From Thermoguttaceae bacterium (GTDB lineage: Bacteria; Planctomycetota; Planctomycetia; Pirellulales; Thermoguttaceae): a DNA stretch of 60,945 nt. Location of the stretch: positions 1 through 60,945 of the forward strand of contig JAQVKF010000001.1 in the NCBI GenBank assembly GCA_028694795.1, in the 5' to 3' direction. Shown piece by piece: positions 55,658 to 60,945 of the stretch. How positions within the stretch are numbered: position 1 is the first letter of the stretch; each line of letters opens with the position of its first letter. The notes below the pieces were generated by a model. The model did not search any database, was not told the origin of the DNA, and was given only the letters and a program-made list of their open reading frames with translations. The translations under genes were made by a program, and so were the position numbers.

Positions 55658-56170
55658 TCACTTTTGCCGCATTTTCGCTAGACGTTGATGGATCGCCAAC
55701 ACTACCGGCGATGGCAAAAAGCGTTGGAGCGACGCCTCATCAGCCAATGGATAAATTTCCTTAATCAACGAACTCGAAACATGCGCAAGTTCTCCGTCCG
55801 CAATCATAAAGAGGGTCTCAATCTCCGGTGCTAACCGACGATTTGCCATCATCATCGTCAACTCCGCCGGAATGTCGGTGATTGGACGCACACCTCGGAT
55901 CATCACTCGCGAGCCGCATTGATTCACAAAATTGACCGCCAAACCGTCAAACGCTCGAACCTCCACATTCGACAAATGCTTGGCCGATTGCCGGATCAGC
56001 TCAACCCGTTCCTCTACCGTAAACATCGGAGTCTTTTCCGCATTCGTCCCAATTCCTACAATCAGTCGATCGAACAATCGACACGCTCGCTCCATCACAT
56101 TCAAGTGACCTAAGGTGATCGGATCGAACGAACCGGGATAAACGGCTATACGGTTACTTAAGGCGGTCAT
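55658..56170 (-). CDS. coaD: Phosphopantetheine adenylyltransferase
   Basis: IAVYPGSFDPITLGHLNVMERA...LIVGIG.N..K.P.F...ER...I...RGVR...D...E..MA..N......ETLF......HVSSSLIKE. Confidence 0.95.
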   Translation of the reverse strand: MTALSNRIAVYPGSFDPITLGHLNVMERACRLFDRLIVGIGTNAEKTPMFTVEERVELIRQSAKHLSNVEVRAFDGLAVNFVNQCGSRVMIRGVRPITDIPAELTMMMANRRLAPEIETLFMIADGELAHVSSSLIKEIYPLADEASLQRFLPSPVVLAIHQRLAKMRQK

Positions 56171-56447
56171 TTTGAAAAATGAATCTTTCTATCGATTGTG
56201 ACATCCGTGCTAGGGAAATCGAGCGGCATTCACGGTGTTGGCTGAAAACGCGGTTTCTACGAATGGCTTCCACAAAAAACAGACCGTCGGTCTGTTCTTG
56301 GCTTCGGGCACCATGGCAACCAGATGCCGCGACAATCAGATACCGCCGCAACCAGCCGACAACCTACGATCACTTTGGCAACTCGCCTCTCACCACCAGT
56401 GGGATATGACTACGAACGCCGCGGTCGTATCATCGTGGATCGAACGC

Positions 56448-57638
56448 TTAGCTCAAAAATTCTTCGATCAGATCAAACGCCTTTTCGAGCTGTTCCATGC
56501 TCGAGGCGAATGACGCTCGGACGTAACCCTCCGTACCAAACGCCGAACCCATGACCGTGGCGACACCCTTCTTTTCGAGCAATTCAAGGCACCACTGGGA
56601 GGAATTGTCGATCTGCATTTCGCCGTATTTTCGACCTAAGTGCTTGCTGATATTGAAGAACGCGTAAAAAGCTCCATCCATGCTCGTGCTGGAAAGACCA
56701 TCAATTGCCGCGATACGCTGCTTCACAAAATTACGACGCTTTTCGAATTCCGCGTGCATTTTGCTCACGCATTCCTGTGGACCGCGTAACGCCGCAATGG
56801 CCGCGTATTGGCTAATGCTGCATGGATTCGAGGTCTCTTGGCTCTGAAGTGCTGCGATTGATTTGGAAATCTGCGGTGGGGCAATCGACCAACCAATACG
56901 CCAACCCGTCATCGCATACGTCTTACTCACTCCGTTGATCAAAATCGTACGATCGGCCAAACCCGGACGCACCGTTACAAAACTCGCGAATTTCTTCGAG
57001 CCGTAAACCAATTTCTCGTAAATCTCATCCGCCACGACGATTAAATCTTTTTCAATACAAACGTCCGCAAGCGCTCCAAGCTCTTCCGCCGTATACATAC
57101 TCCCTGTCGGATTCGAAGGACTGCACAAAAGAAGCATTTTCGTGTTTGTCGTGCAGGCGTTGCGAAGCTGCTGCGGGGTCAATTTGAAATCGGACGCCTC
57201 TGTCGTTTGAACGATCACTGGATTCGCTCCGCTTAGCTTGACCAGCTCCGCGTAACTGACCCAATAGGGAGCCGGAATGATGCACTCGTCACCCGGATTG
57301 AGTGTCGCGATGAACGCGTTGTGCAGCGCATGTTTCGCCCCGTTCGAGATGACTACCTGCGTCGGTTGGAATTCGACTCCGTGATCTTTCGCAAAACATT
57401 CGGCCACCGCTTTCTTCAGCTCCGGAATACCACTGGCTACGGTATACTTTGTGAAACCCTTTTGCATGGCATCGAGCGCAGCGGCACAGATATGGTCAGG
57501 AGTACCGAAGTCGGGTTCGCCCACCGAAAGATTGTATACCGTTCGGCCGGAGGCCTTGAGTTCTTTTGCCTTTGCCGACATCGCAAGTGTGGCCGAGGGT
57601 TCTAGTGCTTGAAGAATACGTGAGACTTGCATGGTCAT
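56448..57638 (-). CDS. Class-I pyridoxal-phosphate aminotransferase (aspartate/aromatic aminotransferase type)
   Basis: LSVGEPDFGTPDHI...YT...G.PELK.A...SNGAKHAL...PAPYWVSY...SPSNPTG...ADEIYEKLVY...NGVSKTYAMTGWRIGW. The start is placed at ATG 57638, preceded by AAGGAAACAGGT. The ORF is open to 57875, but that extension looks non-coding. Confidence 0.9.
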   Translation of the reverse strand: MTMQVSRILQALEPSATLAMSAKAKELKASGRTVYNLSVGEPDFGTPDHICAAALDAMQKGFTKYTVASGIPELKKAVAECFAKDHGVEFQPTQVVISNGAKHALHNAFIATLNPGDECIIPAPYWVSYAELVKLSGANPVIVQTTEASDFKLTPQQLRNACTTNTKMLLLCSPSNPTGSMYTAEELGALADVCIEKDLIVVADEIYEKLVYGSKKFASFVTVRPGLADRTILINGVSKTYAMTGWRIGWSIAPPQISKSIAALQSQETSNPCSISQYAAIAALRGPQECVSKMHAEFEKRRNFVKQRIAAIDGLSSTSMDGAFYAFFNISKHLGRKYGEMQIDNSSQWCLELLEKKGVATVMGSAFGTEGYVRASFASSMEQLEKAFDLIEEFLS

Positions 57639-57940
57639 ACCTGTTTCCTTCGAAAAAAGGATGCGAATGGCGGACACGATGGAACGGACCGATTGATTTC
57701 CTGAAACATCGTGACATGGGTAGAATGAAAATCGTCCGATGCAACGTTCCGAATCGTCCATACGCGTTGCGTGAGAACAGTCGGAAAGGATCGGAATAAA
57801 TTCCCGCCATCGAACAACTTTCAAACGGCTATCAGTATAGCAAAATATACCAAAATGATAACGCCCCACGGACATTTTTTACTCCAATTTTGTCCCAATT
57901 GGAGCGCATGATCAAATCGCTTTGCTCAAAGGGCCGCACT

Positions 57941-58342
57941 TTACGGCTGCGTTTGATTTTCGTGGGCATCCAGAATCGTTCGCATCATCGTGAGTTCCGA
58001 CTCCGTGAGCGTGTGCTTTTTTGCTAAATGCTGCAATAACGGTGAAAAGTCTGTACCTATCACCTCGATTAAATTCTCAAAAAATTGGCTCTGCATCTCT
58101 TCGCGGGTGATCAACGGAATGAAAATCGCCGGATATTCGCCACGCCGTTCAACCAACCCTTTGGTAACCATACGATAAAGCTGAGCCTGTACCGCCTGCA
58201 ATACCGGACGCCCGTTTTTGTCAGAAACCTTGGCGTGCGTCTTAGAAAGTGTCAACGGACCTTCCTGCCACAAGACTTCCAATAATTTTGCTTCGCCGCG
58301 TGATATTCTCGCGATTTTCTGTTTTTTCTTCTTGCGTCCCAT
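57941..58342 (-). CDS. BlaI/MecI/CopY-family transcriptional repressor (winged helix)
   Basis: ISRGEAKLLEVLWQEGPLTLSKTHAKV...AVQAQLYRMVTKGLVERRGEYPAIFIPLITREE. 133 aa, the typical size. Confidence 0.8.
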   Translation of the reverse strand: MGRKKKKQKIARISRGEAKLLEVLWQEGPLTLSKTHAKVSDKNGRPVLQAVQAQLYRMVTKGLVERRGEYPAIFIPLITREEMQSQFFENLIEVIGTDFSPLLQHLAKKHTLTESELTMMRTILDAHENQTQP

Positions 58343-58923
58343 TCCAAATACTCCTAAATTCGTACCTATATCATCTCAAATGATGGTTTTAATCAACGAT
58401 CATATTCCCAAATTAAAATATTTGATCTCTATCGCTTTTCAACGCGGTTCACCGCGTCCATCTGCCGATTTTCACTTTTCCCCATACATATGGCACCAGA
58501 CCGTACGATCCCTTTTAGGCCTCTGAATGCGAATATGAGTGTTTAGGCGTTCTATTTCGCTCTGAAGAACTTCCGTTTTTCCATTTCAAACATATTGGTT
58601 AACCGGGTTCTCACAGGTACTTTTCAATCTGAATCCACACACAGTGTTCGGCTCGTAATCAACGGGGGACCGCTTTGTCCGCTGAATTTGCCGAGTCTTG
58701 TACTGGATAGGCATTATTTGTGCAATTTTGTGAGCTATTGTAATATCACGATATTAAAGCGTCAAGGAACCACCCCCATTATTTAAGAAAAATAGAGGAT
58801 TTTATCGCGAGCTAATGTTAATTAGAAGCAAAAGTTATGCTTTACGCACCAATATCCTGCTGGTTGGGGCGTTTGCGATGGTTGGGGATATTCAGAAATT
58901 TTTAATCATGTGGATCATTTCGG

Positions 58924-60159
58924 TTATTCTGAAATTCTTTGGACGCTGGCTCTTGCTTGGGCGGCATATGCCTCCGCATCGAACGTTTGCGGGTCGAATG
59001 GAACTGGGGGTTGTTCTTCGACTTTTTGCATGATGATTTTGGGGACGAGCTGTCCACCCGTGCTACCTTTGGGGGTACCGCTGATGGGAACGGTGTCAAA
59101 GACATCGTTGCCGCGGTCGATGGCGGGACGTGGATCGGGCATAACGCCAAAGGCTCGTGTACCCGCCGCTTGGCAGGGAAACCAGCGTAAATCGCCTTTT
59201 GTGTCGAGCATGGCGAATTCGGGATAACAGTGATCTGGAACGCGAACGGGACGTGCTGGAATTCCCGATGCTCGACATACCGCTACAAATAAACAAGTTA
59301 GTTCATCACAATCGCCCACGCCCGCCGACAAAGCCGCCGCCGCTCCAAGCTGTTTTTGACCACGATTATCCTTAAATTGGACCTTGCGACGTACCCAATC
59401 GTAAATTTCTTCCACACGTCGCCAATCGGCACCGACCGCCGTCGCGTCATCCGTGTAAAACGAACGCATCTCTTCCGAAACGGTTTTGGCGGCGGAAACG
59501 ATCGCTGTGTGTTGGGATTCAATTCGGGACGATGGTTTAAGATAAACACGTTGGGGAATCGGAAGTTCCGATGACTTCGGAATCTTAAACGCTTGCGTAT
59601 CGGTCGGACGTGGCCACAAAATGCGATGAATGACCATCTCCTGAACGGCTCGCATTGTATAATCTTCGGGCACCACTTGGGCGAGAATGCGCATCTGCTG
59701 CGTGTCGGTTTTGTTCTGGAACGAAAGCGTCGTGCCGGATGATACGTTCTGTTCGCACCGAAAAACTTCCTGTTCACCCGGAACACGTCGCGGTACGGTA
59801 GTGATCGTACGCACTTTTCGGAAATCATCGCCTTTCGCCGTAATTAGTAGACCAAATCGCCAACGGGAAACGACGATCGTTCCGGCCTGATAGCCCGATT
59901 GTGTGAGTGAATCGTTCCACTCCGCGTTCGTTTCTTCTGTGGGTGCCTTTACCTCATCCAAACGCATGTCCGGTAAATTTGCCCAAGGATCGTCTGAAAT
60001 GCGATCCGAATCCGTATCCTGACGCTCACGTTGTGGACGATTTTCCGCACCCCATAAACGCGATGTGGCCCCAACGCTTCCCAAAGCCATCACGATGCGC
60101 AAAGACCACTGACGGCGAGATTGAACGCTTCGTGAAAACGATTGATTACTGGATTCCAT
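58924..60159 (-). CDS. Transglutaminase-like (cysteine-protease-fold) domain protein, secreted
   Basis: GVGDCDELTCLFVAVCRASGIPARPVRVPDHCYPEF (Cys...His core of the transglutaminase-like superfamily). A twin-arginine-like N-terminus (SRRQWSLRIVMALGSVGA). Confidence 0.8.
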   Translation of the reverse strand: MESSNQSFSRSVQSRRQWSLRIVMALGSVGATSRLWGAENRPQRERQDTDSDRISDDPWANLPDMRLDEVKAPTEETNAEWNDSLTQSGYQAGTIVVSRWRFGLLITAKGDDFRKVRTITTVPRRVPGEQEVFRCEQNVSSGTTLSFQNKTDTQQMRILAQVVPEDYTMRAVQEMVIHRILWPRPTDTQAFKIPKSSELPIPQRVYLKPSSRIESQHTAIVSAAKTVSEEMRSFYTDDATAVGADWRRVEEIYDWVRRKVQFKDNRGQKQLGAAAALSAGVGDCDELTCLFVAVCRASGIPARPVRVPDHCYPEFAMLDTKGDLRWFPCQAAGTRAFGVMPDPRPAIDRGNDVFDTVPISGTPKGSTGGQLVPKIIMQKVEEQPPVPFDPQTFDAEAYAAQARASVQRISE

Positions 60160-60237
60160 CGAAAAAACCTACGAATAAAATACTTTTTGCGTTATACACC
60201 GGATACAGCTGTGAATTGGGCGAATGGTAAGTTTTGG

Positions 60238-60945
60238 TTATGGTGTCTGACCGGTTCCTTGAGGCTCTTTGCTATTTTTGCTTTTTTTTTCGGGATTGCC
60301 TTTGGATAAGATACCTTTTTCCATGTTAGAGGCTTTTTCGTCGTGAATCCGTTTTTCGTCCGTCGTGATCTGGCTCATATCCGTGATACACTGGTCAAAA
60401 CGCACACCCATGAGATTGCCCGTCGCGTTTTGGAATGGGCCTCGACCATTGTCTAGCATAAAGCAACGTGTGAATAGTCCGAGACCTCCCTCATAAACAT
60501 AAACGCCCCATTGATCGTTGTCGCAAATGTCGGTACCGGAAATATCGGGATTCGCCTGACCGGAAATCTCCATACCGGAAATCGCGTTCCCTACGAAACG
60601 ACAATTGCTAAATCGACCGCGTGCCTTACTTCGCGCGTCTAATCCGTTGCCCTTGCCATTTTTAACGACGCAGTAAGTGAATTCGGGATTCGCGTTTTCT
60701 GTCAAAAGAATTCCAATGTAGGCAGAAGCGACAATCTGGATCTCGGTGAACGCGCCGGTCGCGTAATTTGAGATGAAAATCCCTTTCGAACCCACGTTTT
60801 CAATTTGACAGCGAGAACATTGTACTGAACTTCCTATGCCATCAATACTCAGACCATTACCCATTTTAGAGGTGATAACACAGCCATAGATTTTGGGCGA
60901 ACCGCTGGAAATCATGATCACCGCTTCCGGCGTTTCGTTCTCAAC
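60238..60945 (-). CDS. Right-handed parallel beta-helix repeat protein (5' end outside the window)
   Basis: A repeating ...G.GI.I......(F/I)..C.(I/F).(N/D)N...G(V/I)... pattern (pectin-lyase-fold type). The reading frame stays open from 60921 to the window edge, so the N-terminus is missing. Confidence 0.7.
   Translation of the reverse strand, partial: VENETPEAVIMISSGSPKIYGCVITSKMGNGLSIDGIGSSVQCSRCQIENVGSKGIFISNYATGAFTEIQIVASAYIGILLTENANPEFTYCVVKNGKGNGLDARSKARGRFSNCRFVGNAISGMEISGQANPDISGTDICDNDQWGVYVYEGGLGLFTRCFMLDNGRGPFQNATGNLMGVRFDQCITDMSQITTDEKRIHDEKASNMEKGILSKGNPEKKSKNSKEPQGTGQTP

Noticed and set aside
57639-57875. A 79-aa N-terminal extension of the aminotransferase ORF.
   Set aside because: The extension is rich in Cys/Arg/Ser/Phe and is not homologous. 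The ATG at 57638 is preceded by an AAGGAAACAGGT Shine-Dalgarno-like sequence and gives a normal ~397-aa enzyme.
1-60945. Looked for defence or mobile-system hallmarks: CRISPR repeats, cas genes, reverse transcriptase (retron/DGR), restriction-modification, toxin-antitoxin pairs, integrase, transposase and phage structural genes.
   Set aside because: None of the translated ORFs shows the corresponding motifs. The only mobile-type sequences are the non-autonomous MITE-like and REP-like repeats.

Overview
This 60.9-kb window looks like ordinary chromosome, most likely from a member of the Planctomycetota. That assignment is an inference from gene content: a TAT-signal Gfo/Idh/MocA oxidoreductase, a tandem DUF1080 protein, PEGA and BlaI-family genes, a giant PKD/FG-GAP protein with an N-terminal ...LESRQLLS motif, and housekeeping proteins carrying long low-complexity extensions. 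I call about 36 protein-coding genes, one class-II tRNA (Ser, anticodon CGA), three copies of a ~280-bp MITE-like element, four copies of a short REP-like hairpin repeat, and a few candidate terminators and regulatory repeats. Housekeeping genes I recognise are rho, a tex-like gene, serC, tmk, tsaE, ispD, coaD and a class-I aminotransferase. They are interspersed with sugar-oxidation-type genes: an Fe-ADH, a DoxX-like membrane protein, Gfo/Idh/MocA, an L-fucose-isomerase-like protein, 2x DUF1080 and a large FAD oxidoreductase. I found no rRNA, CRISPR array, transposase, integrase, reverse transcriptase, phage genes or recognisable defence or toxin-antitoxin system. The most unusual content is: (i) an 11.6-kb single ORF (3,852 aa) combining FN3, FG-GAP/VCBS, about 32 PKD-like domains in two alternating flavours, an RTX-type calcium-binding block in the middle of the protein, and near-identical 297-bp tandem repeats; (ii) three diverged MITE-like copies in alternating orientation within 9.3 kb, bracketing rho and a 5.4-kb three-gene block; (iii) Rho and Tex homologues with several-hundred-residue disordered extensions; (iv) a coaD / CrtI-like oxidoreductase / B12-binding radical-SAM string converging on ispD with overlapping stop codons; (v) a 1.2-kb ORF-poor region that is strongly G-depleted on the + strand. 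All functional calls come from reading the supplied translations by eye. No database search was run.
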